In this document: positions 26,965 through 37,579 of the stretch, one piece after another
Position numbering within the stretch: the first letter of the stretch is position 1
How the letters are laid out: the number at the start of each line of letters is the position of its first letter
Assembly (NCBI GenBank): GCA_965140735.1
Contig: OZ223306.1
Location: 1,997,621-2,061,620 of the forward strand
DNA length: 64,000 nt
From: an uncultured Fusibacter sp.
Lineage (GTDB): Bacteria; Bacillota; Clostridia; Peptostreptococcales; Acidaminobacteraceae
Reading direction: 5' to 3'
The notes under the pieces: model-generated
Databases searched by the model: none
What the model saw: only the letters and a program-made list of their open reading frames with translations
Told to the model about the DNA's origin: nothing
Translations under genes and position numbers: made by a program

Positions 26965-27615
26965 TTAATAACCATAATTACCCTTTATCAAAATAACCTC
27001 TATGCGATCAGGATCAAACTGTCCTTCCACCGTGGTCATATAGTTGCAAATACGATCTTTTGACCGACAATCCATGCACTTTCCAGTGATGGCACATGGC
27101 GTCTTTTTTCCCAGTCTCACTGCATCCATTGGTGCTGCTTTTTGTCTCACTCTGAGCACTGCTTCTTCATCAGAACGACAAATCTTATTCGTCCCACAAA
27201 TTAAAAAAACCTTCTCAGGACCATAAATAATCGGTGCCACACGACTTCCGTTACCATCGAGATTATAAATTTTACCTGACAGACTCAGCGCATTGATTCC
27301 TGAAAAAAACACATCCGCAGAGAAATTATCTCTGTACAATTTACGCTTCTCTGCTTTAGTCAAAGTCACATCATATTTGTTTAGATATCGACCACTGTGC
27401 TTTTCTAGCAGATCATATAACCCAATTTCTTCAAAAGTAATTGAGTCACCAACACCAACGACCTTGCCTTTAATTTTCGCCTGGATATATTCTAAAAACA
27501 TAGCCTCACTTTCAAAATACCGACACCCAATATGACGTTTTTTAAGTGCAATTGTAACCTCATCCACTTGAGTTTGAATCTCTTGAATTTGAACCGCTTT
27601 GTCCTCTGACTTCAT
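26965..27615 (-). CDS. LUD-domain (LutC/YkgG-like, DUF162) protein with C-terminal Cys-rich extension
   Basis: VVGVGDSITFEEIGLYDLL...FFSGINALSLSGKIYNLDGNGSRVAPIIYGPEKVFLICGTNKI resembles the LutC/LUD fold. C-terminal CAITGKCMDCRSKDRIC is Cys-rich. Confidence 0.5.
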   Translation of the reverse strand: MKSEDKAVQIQEIQTQVDEVTIALKKRHIGCRYFESEAMFLEYIQAKIKGKVVGVGDSITFEEIGLYDLLEKHSGRYLNKYDVTLTKAEKRKLYRDNFSADVFFSGINALSLSGKIYNLDGNGSRVAPIIYGPEKVFLICGTNKICRSDEEAVLRVRQKAAPMDAVRLGKKTPCAITGKCMDCRSKDRICNYMTTVEGQFDPDRIEVILIKGNYGY

Positions 27616-27647
27616 TTATCTAAATACCCCCTACTACTCAGTTATGG

Positions 27648-27700
27648 TTGTTACCTTAGTTGTTACTTTTAGTTGTTATCTTAGCTGTTTTTCCAATCTT
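27648..27700. repeat. Four tandem ~13-nt repeats (ttagttgttacyt) in the leader region of the LUD-domain gene
   Basis: ttatggttgttacc ttagttgttactt ttagttgttatc ttagctgttttt. Minus-sense (transcript sense) gives repeated GTAACAACTAA units. Confidence 0.5.
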
Positions 27701-27755
27701 TTCAGCCATAGGTTACCAATTATATCTATTTCAACCTTACTTTGATCTCCCCTTC

Positions 27756-28697
27756 CTAATCCCCATGATGCAACAAGATCACAGATAGGATCACCAATAA
27801 AGCCCCGCCAATTTGCATCACATTGAGATGTTCTTTTAAAATCAAAAACGCCACGATCAATGTCAAAGGTAGTTCAAGAGTCGCCACAATACTCGTTCTT
27901 TCCGATCCAATAAGTGCAACAGATTTATAGAAAAAAACCACTGGTAAAATACCTGCAGCCACCGCAATGATAAAAACATCTTTGAGCAAGTATAAACTTA
28001 GAATTGGAACGCTACCATACACCCCTATCAAGCAGACAAACGATACAATCAAGCCAAATAGAGAGGTGTAAAAAAGCACCGCAAAAGGATCTATCATAAC
28101 CATTTTGAAATCCGCATAGAGATTATAAAACGTATATGTCAATGCACTTGCAAGTCCAAAGCCAACGCCCATTAAAGAAAGATCTGAACCTTTCACAGAA
28201 AAAATATCAAGAACGAGTACGATGCCAACCATCGCAAATGCAAGCGCTATATAATTCGCTTTTCCAAGTTTTTTGGTTCCTGAAATAGCGAAAAAAATCG
28301 TCACAAAAACAGGGTTCGTAAAAAGCAACATTGAAGCAATACCTGCATTTAAATTCTGTAGTGCAAAATAAAACAATAAACTGGTTCCAAAAGCACCGAA
28401 GATGCCTTGAATAGCCGTTTGCTTAAGTTGTACTTTAGTGACTTTAAGTTTATCTTTATCAACCACCAAAATAGTGGCTAATAAGATCACCGTTCCGATC
28501 AAATATTGATAAAAATTAAGTATGAGAGGTTCAACGCCCTTCCCTAGAATCATTTTGCCTAAGATCGAATTAAAGGCATAAATACCAGATGCAATCACTG
28601 CATAAAGGAACCCCTTCTTCTTCAAAATACTTTTTTCTATTTTAAGCGTCATATTAGCTTCATGATGTTCCACTTTAAGGTTTTCATCTCTTGCCAT
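27756..28697 (-). CDS. DMT-superfamily (EamA-like) transporter
   Basis: Ten predicted TM helices and two EamA-like halves. The true start may be an internal Met. Confidence 0.6.
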   Translation of the reverse strand: MARDENLKVEHHEANMTLKIEKSILKKKGFLYAVIASGIYAFNSILGKMILGKGVEPLILNFYQYLIGTVILLATILVVDKDKLKVTKVQLKQTAIQGIFGAFGTSLLFYFALQNLNAGIASMLLFTNPVFVTIFFAISGTKKLGKANYIALAFAMVGIVLVLDIFSVKGSDLSLMGVGFGLASALTYTFYNLYADFKMVMIDPFAVLFYTSLFGLIVSFVCLIGVYGSVPILSLYLLKDVFIIAVAAGILPVVFFYKSVALIGSERTSIVATLELPLTLIVAFLILKEHLNVMQIGGALLVILSVILLHHGD

Positions 28698-28907
28698 CTC
28701 AACACCGCCTTCACCTGTTCACAACTGATTATACTATATATCAAGATCACCGTCACTTCCAAAAACAATCCGAGTCATTCAAAGTATATATTGTTGACAT
28801 ATTTTATAAACTTTTATATAATTTATTTGCATTTTATACAAACGTTTTTTAAATACGCTTCTTAAGCATCATATTTTTTACTATAAAATACTAGCAGAGG
28901 TGATCTA

Positions 28908-29660
28908 ATGAACCCTAATTACAACGATACAAACATAGAAACTATAAAAAAAGGCTACCGTTATCTTTCGGAAAAGGATAGCTTCGAATGTATGACTTGT
29001 GGCACACTTTTCGAAGTTGGAGAAATATTCCCGTTTGAAAATCGCTTCTTCACTGCTGAAAAGATGATTCAATATCATATCGCACATGAGCATGGTCAGA
29101 GACTCGAGACTCTTTTATCGCTTGACAAAAAACTCACATCTATTACTGAAAATCAAAAGGAAATCTTAACTCTGATGGCTTCAGGGATTACCGATAAAGA
29201 GATTGCAAAATCATTAAATCTATCGCCATCTACAGTTAGACATCTGCGTTTCACTATGAAGGAAAAAGCCAAACAAGCTAAAATTTTTCTCGCCATCTAT
29301 GAACTCGCATTTGAAACAGAACCATCAAGTTCTGATATCGTGCCGATCCATGTCCACGCCACTATGATTGATGACCGTTACAAAGTCACCACAGACGAGG
29401 CGAACGATATACTTAAAAATATGTTTACTTCACTAAAGCCTTTGAAACTCAAGAGTTTTTCAACAAAAGAAAAGAAAAAGCTCGTCATTTTAAGGCAAAT
29501 TGCATCCACACTTGATTCCCAAAAACATTACACTGAAAAAGAACTTAATACCATTTTGAAAGCCATCTATCATGACTTTGTCACTTTAAGACGCTACCTC
29601 ATTGAATATGGCTTTATGGATCGTTCCAAAGATGGTGCAGAATACTGGCTGAAGTCATAA
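28908..29660 (+). CDS. LuxR/GerE-type HTH regulator with N-terminal Cys/His zinc-finger-like segment and C-terminal DUF2087-like domain
   Basis: LTENQKEILTLMASGITDKEIAKSLNLSPSTVRHLR is a LuxR-type HTH. The C-terminal ...LRRYLIEYGFMDRSKDGAEYWLKS is similar to the C-terminus of the 94-aa ORF at 30251. Confidence 0.55.
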   Translation: MNPNYNDTNIETIKKGYRYLSEKDSFECMTCGTLFEVGEIFPFENRFFTAEKMIQYHIAHEHGQRLETLLSLDKKLTSITENQKEILTLMASGITDKEIAKSLNLSPSTVRHLRFTMKEKAKQAKIFLAIYELAFETEPSSSDIVPIHVHATMIDDRYKVTTDEANDILKNMFTSLKPLKLKSFSTKEKKKLVILRQIASTLDSQKHYTEKELNTILKAIYHDFVTLRRYLIEYGFMDRSKDGAEYWLKS

Positions 29661-29700
29661 CGCCCTAATTTACACCTATAACTAAAAAAGGATGTGCCTT

Positions 29701-30240
29701 ATGTTAAATAACAACACCACTAAAAGACTTATTATCAAAAATGCCCATCTAGATGAACTTGAAAAACTTATGCAAGTTGCATCATCATGGAAAAACAAAG
29801 CCATAACTGAAGGAGAAGCCTTTACAAAAGATTACTTCATTAAAGCCATAGAAAGTGGCGAGCTTCCCCCTATCCCCAATGCAAATCACGACCATTTAGA
29901 TTTCTACACAATTCTAAAAAAAGACACTTTAGAAATAATTGGTTTTATGGAAACCTACATGGGCTATCCAGATGAGGATACACTTTGGATCGGTATGTTT
30001 GTCATAGATGCCCAGCATCAACGCAACCACTATGGTCATGAAATCATCTCAAATCTCAAAAACCTTTACACTAAATACCCCTTTAGTAAAATAGGTGTCG
30101 GTGTCAGTTTAAAGAACTGGAGAGGGCTTCAATTTTGGCATAAACTAGGGTTTAATACCCTCTTCACAGTAACTGGCGACACAGAATTCACTCAAGACGC
30201 TCATGCGCTTTTAGGGCTTACCAAATCAATACACTCGTAA
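29701..30240 (+). CDS. GNAT-family N-acetyltransferase
   Basis: ...IGMFVIDAQHQRNHYGHEIISNL...WHKLGF has GNAT motif A-like and B-like regions. Start moved to the second ATG because of RBS spacing. Confidence 0.55.
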   Translation: MLNNNTTKRLIIKNAHLDELEKLMQVASSWKNKAITEGEAFTKDYFIKAIESGELPPIPNANHDHLDFYTILKKDTLEIIGFMETYMGYPDEDTLWIGMFVIDAQHQRNHYGHEIISNLKNLYTKYPFSKIGVGVSLKNWRGLQFWHKLGFNTLFTVTGDTEFTQDAHALLGLTKSIHS

Positions 30241-30250
30241 GGAGGACATC

Positions 30251-30535
30251 ATGCTTACCAAAGAAGAACAAATCGTTTTGAACCGCTTTTTAGACACAGA
30301 AGGTCGCATTAAGACATGGCCTACAAAAAAATCTAAACAAGAAATCATCTACAAGTTTCTTTCAACCCTATTAGAACCAAATCAAATTTACACTGAACAT
30401 GAAATTAATCTGATCCTTGAATCAGCTCACACTTTTAACGATCACTTCTTATTAAGACGAGGCTTGATTACATCTGGATACCTCAATAGAAAACCAGATG
30501 GTTCAGAGTATTGGGTAAATTACACTCGATCTTAA
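30251..30535 (+). CDS. DUF2087-like small protein
   Basis: ...FLLRRGLITSGYLNRKPDGSEYWVNY shares the C-terminal motif with the 28908 ORF. AAGGAGG RBS upstream. Confidence 0.5.
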   Translation: MLTKEEQIVLNRFLDTEGRIKTWPTKKSKQEIIYKFLSTLLEPNQIYTEHEINLILESAHTFNDHFLLRRGLITSGYLNRKPDGSEYWVNYTRS

Positions 30536-30692
30536 AATTTAATGTGAGCATCAACATGACCTATAATGCATTTAATAAACCTTTTGATTCTAATTTGTTT
30601 AAGTCTAACTTAATACTATTTTAATATCAAATCTTATAAATTATGGTATCATACACTTGGATGGTAAACCAATAGAAAGGAGGCTTTATTAT

Positions 30693-31277
30693 ATGCAATT
30701 AACTTTGGAAAAAATATATCTATACTTAGCAATCCCTGCATCACTTATTTTAATCATTCAAACGCTTATGACGATATTTGGTCTTTCAGGTGAAGTGGAT
30801 GCAGATTTTGATGCTGATGGTGATGTAGATATCTCAGGTGCAAGTCATATGACCATATTTTCAGTGAGAAACATTGTGGCCTTTTTTACATTTTTCGGTT
30901 GGAGTGGACTTTGGTTAATCACTAAAAATATACCTGTTGTCCTAACGCTTTTCTTTTCCATTGTCGTTGGTCTTATATTTGTCATGATATCCATGGGCAT
31001 GTTTTTTCTCGTCAGTAGAATGCAGCGTAATGGCACATTAAATTTTGATAATGCGCTTGATCAAGTTGGTGAAGTTTATATTCCCATCCCTCCCAATAGA
31101 CAAGGTGCAGGCAAAGTCATGATTGCAGTTCAAGGTTCTTTAAAAGAGCTTGAAGCCATAACCGATGAATCCTCTATTATTAAAACAGGCACAAAGGTTA
31201 AAGTCGTGGCTATATTTGGAACAAATCAACTTTTAATCGAAACTTATACCCCCAATACTCAAAAAAAGGAGATATAA
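30693..31277 (+). CDS. yuaF: NfeD-like (YuaF-type) membrane protein, flotillin partner
   Basis: N-terminal TM helices plus a C-terminal beta-rich OB-like domain. AAAGGAGG RBS 9 nt upstream of the internal Met used as start. Immediately followed by the flotillin gene. Confidence 0.6.
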   Translation: MQLTLEKIYLYLAIPASLILIIQTLMTIFGLSGEVDADFDADGDVDISGASHMTIFSVRNIVAFFTFFGWSGLWLITKNIPVVLTLFFSIVVGLIFVMISMGMFFLVSRMQRNGTLNFDNALDQVGEVYIPIPPNRQGAGKVMIAVQGSLKELEAITDESSIIKTGTKVKVVAIFGTNQLLIETYTPNTQKKEI

Positions 31278-32723
31278 ATGATCATTGAAAATTTTTCAGG
31301 CATTATGTTTACATCTTTAGCGGCCATTTTCATATTTGGATTGCTCCTTGCAATCTTATCACGCTATAAAAAATGTCCCTCTGATAAAATCCTCGTTAAA
31401 TACGGTCTAGTTGGTACGAACTCTGACGGTGCCAAAAGTGCTAAATGTATCCATGGTGGTGCAACACTTGTTTGGCCAGTTATCCAAGCTTACCGTTATT
31501 TGGATTTAACGCCAATGTCGATTGAAGTCAACCTTCAAAATGCACTTTCTAAACAAAATATTAGAATCGACGTGCCTTCGAGATTTACTGTAGGGATCAG
31601 TACTGAAGCTGACATTATGCAAAACGCAGCTGAAAGACTTTTAGGGCTTAAAAATGAAGAAGTTCAAGAACTTTCAAAAGATATCATATTTGGTCAATTG
31701 CGTCTTGTTGTTGCAACGATGGATATCGAAGAAATCAACACAGATCGCGATAAGTTTTTAGAAGAAGTTTCGAGAAACGTTGAATCTGAACTCAAAAAAA
31801 TCGGTTTAAGATTAATCAACGTTAACATTACAGACATCAGCGACGAATCTGGTTACATAGATGCACTTGGTAAAGAAGCCGCTGCAAAAGCTGTGAATGA
31901 TGCTAAAATTTCCGTATCTCAAAAAACAAGAGATGGTTCTATCGGTGAAGCGCAAGCTTTGATGGATCAAAGGGTTAAAGTGGCTGATGCCAATGCAACT
32001 GCCGTAGAAGGCGAAAACCAATCTAAAATTAAAGTTGCTGAATCCGATGCAAAACGTCGTGAAATGGAAGCCATCGCTAACAAACACGCTGTAGCAGCCG
32101 AAAAAGTTCAGCAAGCCAAAGCACTTGAAGAATCTTATGTTGCAGAAAAAGAAGCTGAAAAAGCACGTGCTGAACTCGAAAAAGCAACTCGAGAAGCTGA
32201 TCAAATCGTACAAGCAAAAATTGAAAAAGAACGTGTGGAAATCGCAGCATCAGCAGATGCAGAACGTATCAGAATTAGTGCTAAAGGTGAAGCAGATGCC
32301 ATCTACTTGAAACTTGAAGCACAAGCAAGAGGTATTAATGAAATGCTTATCCGACAAGCAGACGGTTTTAAAGCTATCGTAGAAGCTGCTGGCGGGGCGG
32401 ATGAAGCTATGAAATTAATGGTAGTTGATAAATTACCAGAACTCATTGAAAAACAAGTTGAAGCTATTAAAAACATAAAAATTGATAAAATCACTGTTTG
32501 GGATAATCTTGGTAGTGATGATGGTAAAACAAATACGGCTAAATTCGTATCTGGTATGATGCAATCTATCCCACCGTTAAATGAAATGTTTAACATGGCT
32601 GGACTTGATATACCAAGTTATTTAGGCAAAGCTCATACAGATGGCCAAACACCTGTAACACCAGAAATGGATTTATCTACTCAAGAACCTGCTGAGACTA
32701 CTGAGTTCACCACAGCAGAATAA
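31278..32723 (+). CDS. floT: Flotillin-like SPFH/band-7 protein (FloT/YuaG family)
   Basis: N-terminal TM, an SPFH domain, an extended A/E/K-rich coiled-coil region (EAEKARAELEKATREADQIVQAKIEKERVE..) and a conserved C-terminal flotillin region. Confidence 0.75.
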   Translation: MIIENFSGIMFTSLAAIFIFGLLLAILSRYKKCPSDKILVKYGLVGTNSDGAKSAKCIHGGATLVWPVIQAYRYLDLTPMSIEVNLQNALSKQNIRIDVPSRFTVGISTEADIMQNAAERLLGLKNEEVQELSKDIIFGQLRLVVATMDIEEINTDRDKFLEEVSRNVESELKKIGLRLINVNITDISDESGYIDALGKEAAAKAVNDAKISVSQKTRDGSIGEAQALMDQRVKVADANATAVEGENQSKIKVAESDAKRREMEAIANKHAVAAEKVQQAKALEESYVAEKEAEKARAELEKATREADQIVQAKIEKERVEIAASADAERIRISAKGEADAIYLKLEAQARGINEMLIRQADGFKAIVEAAGGADEAMKLMVVDKLPELIEKQVEAIKNIKIDKITVWDNLGSDDGKTNTAKFVSGMMQSIPPLNEMFNMAGLDIPSYLGKAHTDGQTPVTPEMDLSTQEPAETTEFTTAE

Positions 32724-32771
32724 AACGAATCCATCCTAAATAAATCATTTCGTGCAAATGATTAAAATAAA

Positions 32772-32827
32772 AACAAGTTATAACTTTTGAGCAGTTGTTA
32801 CTCATTCCGTTATAACTTGTTTTTTTG
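32772..32827 (+). terminator. Rho-independent terminator after floT
   Basis: AACAAGTTATAAC...GTTATAACTTGTT followed by T7. Confidence 0.6.
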
Positions 32828-33203
32828 TACGATTAAACGCTTTTATTTACACTCTTGATGAGTTCACTACTTACTTATAGCTTCCTGTAACACCAACATA
32901 TGACATCACATATACAAACAAGAATTGTTGCTTAATCTCAAACTGGCCTCTTGATCTGTCATCTCCTTTGAGTACGTCCATGCCCTCTTTGACAAGAACA
33001 TCCAAGATATTCATAAAACGTTCCCGATCTGGGTAATCTACTATTATATAATAGTTAATTAGCTAGACATGTCTTATTTCAAATTTATTATATTTTGAGT
33101 TTTCGATATATTTAAGGGAAATTGAAACAAATATTCTATACTGTATTTGTCATTCTCAAATCTAACAAGGCTTTTTTTGACAATGTATTTGCATTTTTAT
33201 GAT

Positions 33204-34016
33204 TTAAAACTTAAGTTTCCGGAGTGTTTCTTTGATTTTCTCAATTACATCATCATTTGAATATTCAAAATCGATTAGGTCATCCCTCTGAGCTCCCAAT
33301 GCGAGATAATAAGGTTCATGGTGCTTGATATGACCGGTCTTTGTCAGCGCTTTTTTACCTAAAAACTTCCTATAAAAGGTGACATGATCCATAACGTCCT
33401 TTGAAGTCAAATGGAAAATGCCTCTCTGATCAAATTCCAGTATATGCTTAAACATATAAGCGATCTGTGTATCCCATATGGTGGTGAACAGCAAATTTTC
33501 ATAAAGTTCTATATGCTTTTCAGTTTGAAGGGCAGCAATGATTTCTTTGACACGTGGGCCATTTGCACCGAAAACCATTGGCAACCTTAAAATGATTGCA
33601 TTTTGACCCAAACCTTCTATTAAAAGCTTTTCGCAGTCAATTTTAAACTGTCCATATGCCGATGTTGCGTTCGTCAAATCCGTTTCCATTTTTATGGCAT
33701 CAGATACGCCATCAAAAACATTTGCTGTTGAAAAAAAATAAACTTTTACGTCTTTTGAGGAAGCATACTCTACAATTTCAAGGTGAGTCGTCAACTGTTT
33801 ATCAAAATCACCTCTTGTACATGAAATAATGACATCAGGCTGTGTCACCTCTAATATAGGCAATAAACGGTTTAATTCCAGATCGAATTTCAAATGTTTC
33901 CACTTAGCTCCTGGCATTTCATCTCTTGAAACGCCTATGATATCATAGTCATCGTTTAGATGTTTTATAAGAGCGCTACCCACAAGCCCACTGTCTCCAA
34001 GTATAAATAACTTCTT
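33204..34016 (-). CDS. NAD-dependent epimerase/dehydratase (SDR-family, RmlD-like reductase)
   Basis: MKKLFILGDSGLVGSALIKHL is a glycine-rich Rossmann motif. Start placed at the internal Met, which has an AGGGAGG RBS. Confidence 0.65.
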   Translation of the reverse strand, partial: KKLFILGDSGLVGSALIKHLNDDYDIIGVSRDEMPGAKWKHLKFDLELNRLLPILEVTQPDVIISCTRGDFDKQLTTHLEIVEYASSKDVKVYFFSTANVFDGVSDAIKMETDLTNATSAYGQFKIDCEKLLIEGLGQNAIILRLPMVFGANGPRVKEIIAALQTEKHIELYENLLFTTIWDTQIAYMFKHILEFDQRGIFHLTSKDVMDHVTFYRKFLGKKALTKTGHIKHHEPYYLALGAQRDDLIDFEYSNDDVIEKIKETLRKLKF

Positions 34017-34103
34017 CATATACGCCTCCCTGTCCATATGTTCATGATTCTATATGCATACTTACCCAATATTTAGAACAATCCCTACATGTGTTAAAAA
34101 ATA

Positions 34104-34625
34104 CTAAAGTTGTTTCATATGCTTGATTGCCTTTATAATATGATGATGTGCAGGCTCCACTGAAAAATTGACATCTCTTTTTTCTGCATATTTCACAATT
34201 TCAAGAATCTCTTTTAAAAAAGCTTTATAACCAATTTCATTATGGTCATTCACATGAGGTTTGCCATCTCCATTAAGTGTAAAACTCTCTGTTGCAACGC
34301 ACTCACAAATTGTTCTGTCCAGAGATGCCATGTCAATATAGCCCTTTGCGATCGCTTTAAATTTTGCGCGTTTATCTACATCAGGATGTGTCTGATTTAG
34401 ACAGCACCCAAGTACATGTATTTGCTTTCTAGATGCTTTAAAAGCTTTCAACACCTCATTTTAAGCTTCCCTTCAATAAAAGCTTCATGTGAAGCTAAAT
34501 CCTTAAATAATTTTAAAGGTGCCAACTGAACACCAGCTATATTATTTTCGATCAATTGATCAATGAGTTGACCTGTTTCAATTTTTCCAAAGTCATGAGC
34601 ACGTGCACCGTGTTGTTTTATCATT
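34104..34625 (-). pseudogene. Sugar-phosphate isomerase/epimerase (TIM-barrel)-like gene split by a frameshift
   Basis: The upstream frame encodes MIKQHGARAHDFGKIETGQLIDQLIENNIAGVQLA...KLKMRC* and stops at TGA. The 116-aa ORF continues in another frame from GTG (VLKAFKASRK...). Confidence 0.4.
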
Positions 34626-35410
34626 TATCTCTCCTTTATCACCTTATCAGCTCTATTGTCTTTATCTTTTTGAACGTCATTTACTTCATTATACCAAATC
34701 TTAGAATCCCTTTGCTCCACAATTCTTGTTGTTATGACGCGCTCAATTGAAACACTCTAGGAAATTGTTTGTGACTTTTATGATTAACAAACTTACGTTA
34801 TTTTTATTATTTTCTATAACTCATCACAAAGTGTGGTGAATCAATCAGATGTGGTGAAAAAATAACCCTTTAATCTCTAAAAATAAAATTTTAGATGATC
34901 ATTATATCAGATAAGTATTAGAAATAAATACAAAAACCACATACTCAGACGATTCTACTCTATCATTCATTCTACTTTGGATTTCAAAACACCAAATTCA
35001 TTTAAATGAGCCACATATAGGTTAATAAAATACTTCAAAAGAACAAATTAAGGTTCAAAATTAAAACTTCGTTAAATCATAATTCCTCACGATTTCACGA
35101 TTCTATTTTATCTTTACAGATAATGTTAATCAAGTGATTACTCTCATTTCTTTTACACATAAATTCTAAAGAGCCTCTCTAGCCTAAATTCAAAATTCAG
35201 ATTATCATTATAATGATATTTTTCAGATTTAGCTCTCACTTGTTGCTCGACGTAAACTCTGATTTTCTCTCATGGCTTTACCACTATACTCATCAAGCGT
35301 ACCATTTACACTCTAATTTTTTACTAAAATACTATACTTTTCAATCCAGCTAAATGATATAATAATAGCATCATTCTATGAAAATACAAATGTTCTATAA
35401 GGAGATTATT

Positions 35411-36985
35411 ATGAAACAAAATCAAATTTTTAAGATTGCTATCACAGGAGTTTTGTCGTGCCTCATAGCCACAACTTCAACATTTGCCACTACATATCAA
35501 GCACCATTACTTGATTCAGAAAAAACAGTATCTGGAAAAGATATTTCTGTCTCTCAAGAGGAAATCTTAGAACAATTAGAGACTGCTGAGTCCAAAGTTA
35601 CTCAAGAAGAAAAGGAGGCTTTTGAAGCCAAGTGGGATGCTATGACTGCCCAAGAAAAACATGATTATCTATTGCCCTTTTTCCTTGATGAACTCAATAG
35701 CTTGCACACAAAACTTATAATCGCAGAAAGTGCAGTAAATAACGGTGAAACTTTGGATATGAGTTTTTTACAGCTTTATCAATCTGAATTATTGAAATTC
35801 CACGATAAAATTCTAATCCTGTCAGATATCAAACCTTATGAATACAGTGCCTATAAGCCTTTATCAAAAGCAATTGACGAACTCTACTCACTTGCGGGCC
35901 TTCTTGATTTGCAAAGTGCTGGACTAGTATCCTATGCAGTGTCTTCCGAAAACGATGCGGCTGACTCAAAAACAGATTACGAAAAACACAGTCAATACTA
36001 CATGGAGTTTTACAACCAAGCCAATGAAATCAGCTTAATGCGTCAGTACGGCATTGAAATTGATCAAAACTTAGACAGAATGTTTCAAGAAATCGCAATC
36101 GCTCATAAAAATAACTTAATGCGATACAAAAAAGCTCTTGACACAGTAACCCAGTGTGTGACCCTTTACTCAAAAGGGGGAACAGATTCCAAACTTTATC
36201 GTGCCGCTAAGAATATAAATCGAGAACTATATGTCGATTTCAACATAAGAGATACCAGTGATTTTAGCGCAATTCAAATTGATGAAAATGACAAATTGAC
36301 CCCTATGGCCTATGAAGTTGTCGCAAGTCTTGGAAAAGTATATGACGTAACAGAAGATTATTTAGTATATGCAATGGTTGGAACGCCAAGCCGGAAACAA
36401 GATGAAATGGATAAAGCTCTCTCCGATGCAAGAAGCACTCTAAAACGATTTGAGGAAGAGTGCAACCTTTATTTAGAGGCAGGGGAAACCATAGATCAAA
36501 ATATCTTTGAGACCATAGCAAATATTAAAGCTGACAGGCATAAAACCGCTAAAGAAAAAGGGTATGATTCTTGGGAAGCATATCAAATCCACTTAGAATC
36601 CCTTGAAAAAGCAAGACATGATAATCGCGTGAAAGAAAAGGCAACTGAACTCGCAGTTGTTCAAAAGGAATATGAAGATGAAATGCGTAAATTAGAAGAA
36701 GAGGCACAAGCTGAGTGGTTAAGAAATCGAGTTGATTTTAGCAAACCTCTATCTGAGCAAAATCATACTAAAGGATACTATATGGAGAAGGCTTTAGCCG
36801 ACATCGAAAACAATCCTCTTTTGAGTTCATTCTCAGAATTGAGTCTCAAAGTGGAATCACAAGCTTTTGATAAACTCTTTAAAATAAGAGCAAACGGTGG
36901 TGATACATCGCTTTTACAAGATCTCTATGATAGCCATCCCAATGATTTTTCACTAATTCTTGAACTTTATCACTACTATAAGTAA
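35411..36985 (+). CDS. Secreted hypothetical protein (signal peptide, helical-rich)
   Basis: MKQNQIFKIAITGVLSCLIATTSTFATT is signal-peptide-like, with an AAGGAG RBS 7 nt upstream. No motif recognised. Confidence 0.55.
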   Translation: MKQNQIFKIAITGVLSCLIATTSTFATTYQAPLLDSEKTVSGKDISVSQEEILEQLETAESKVTQEEKEAFEAKWDAMTAQEKHDYLLPFFLDELNSLHTKLIIAESAVNNGETLDMSFLQLYQSELLKFHDKILILSDIKPYEYSAYKPLSKAIDELYSLAGLLDLQSAGLVSYAVSSENDAADSKTDYEKHSQYYMEFYNQANEISLMRQYGIEIDQNLDRMFQEIAIAHKNNLMRYKKALDTVTQCVTLYSKGGTDSKLYRAAKNINRELYVDFNIRDTSDFSAIQIDENDKLTPMAYEVVASLGKVYDVTEDYLVYAMVGTPSRKQDEMDKALSDARSTLKRFEEECNLYLEAGETIDQNIFETIANIKADRHKTAKEKGYDSWEAYQIHLESLEKARHDNRVKEKATELAVVQKEYEDEMRKLEEEAQAEWLRNRVDFSKPLSEQNHTKGYYMEKALADIENNPLLSSFSELSLKVESQAFDKLFKIRANGGDTSLLQDLYDSHPNDFSLILELYHYYK

Positions 36986-37010
36986 TATTCCATAAAAAAG
37001 GCTCTATAAA

Positions 37011-37050
37011 AAATGCTGTGGTGGGTTAAAACTCACCACAGCATTTTTTG
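37011..37050. terminator. Bidirectional rho-independent terminator
   Basis: AATGCTGTGGTGGGTTAAAACTCACCACAGCATT flanked by A-run and T-run. Confidence 0.7.
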
Positions 37051-37532
37051 TTTTTTTCAAAAAAAGAATGCACTTATAATCAATACTCCCGTAAAATGTT
37101 GTTGTTGAAACAACCAAAGAAAGGAGAGGTCATATAAGCACATTCGTTTTTACTAAAAATTTCTTTGATTTAAAATATGTTCAAGTAAAATAGATTAGTT
37201 CTAGTAATATTTTATTGAAAATTACTCTAGAAACAAAACCAAAGCTAGGTATTTGCCCTTGCTGTTGAACGATTAAACACCACGCTACTCTACAATGACG
37301 AACTCAGACAAGTATATCGGCTTAAAGAGAATTGGCTATGGCATGAGAAATTTTAAGCGCTTTAGAAAAATAATCCTACATATTGGCTAACAAAAGGTTC
37401 AAAACATAAACCTACTCGGATTAGTTTATTCCCCATGCAATAAAATCTTACAAAATAACCTCAATATTAAAACAGTCTCAAAACAGAAAAAAGAGTGGGA
37501 GTCATGGGTATTGGCTTAGAGCCAAAAATTAT

Positions 37533-37572
37533 AGCGCCAAAAAACAGCTATTCCCGGCTGCCTTCTGGCGCT
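37533..37572 (-). terminator. Rho-independent terminator ending the lipoprotein-lgt-ORF97 transcription unit
   Basis: Minus-sense CAGCCGGGAATAGCTG followed by TTTTTTGG. Confidence 0.6.
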
Positions 37573-37579
37573 ATATATT

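Noticed and set aside
32880-33025. 48-codon minus-strand ORF (MNILDVLVKEGMDVLKGDDRSRGQFEIKQQ...) that looked like a possible gene remnant
   Set aside because: Weak RBS, no convincing motif, and too short to assign. Not enough to call a feature.
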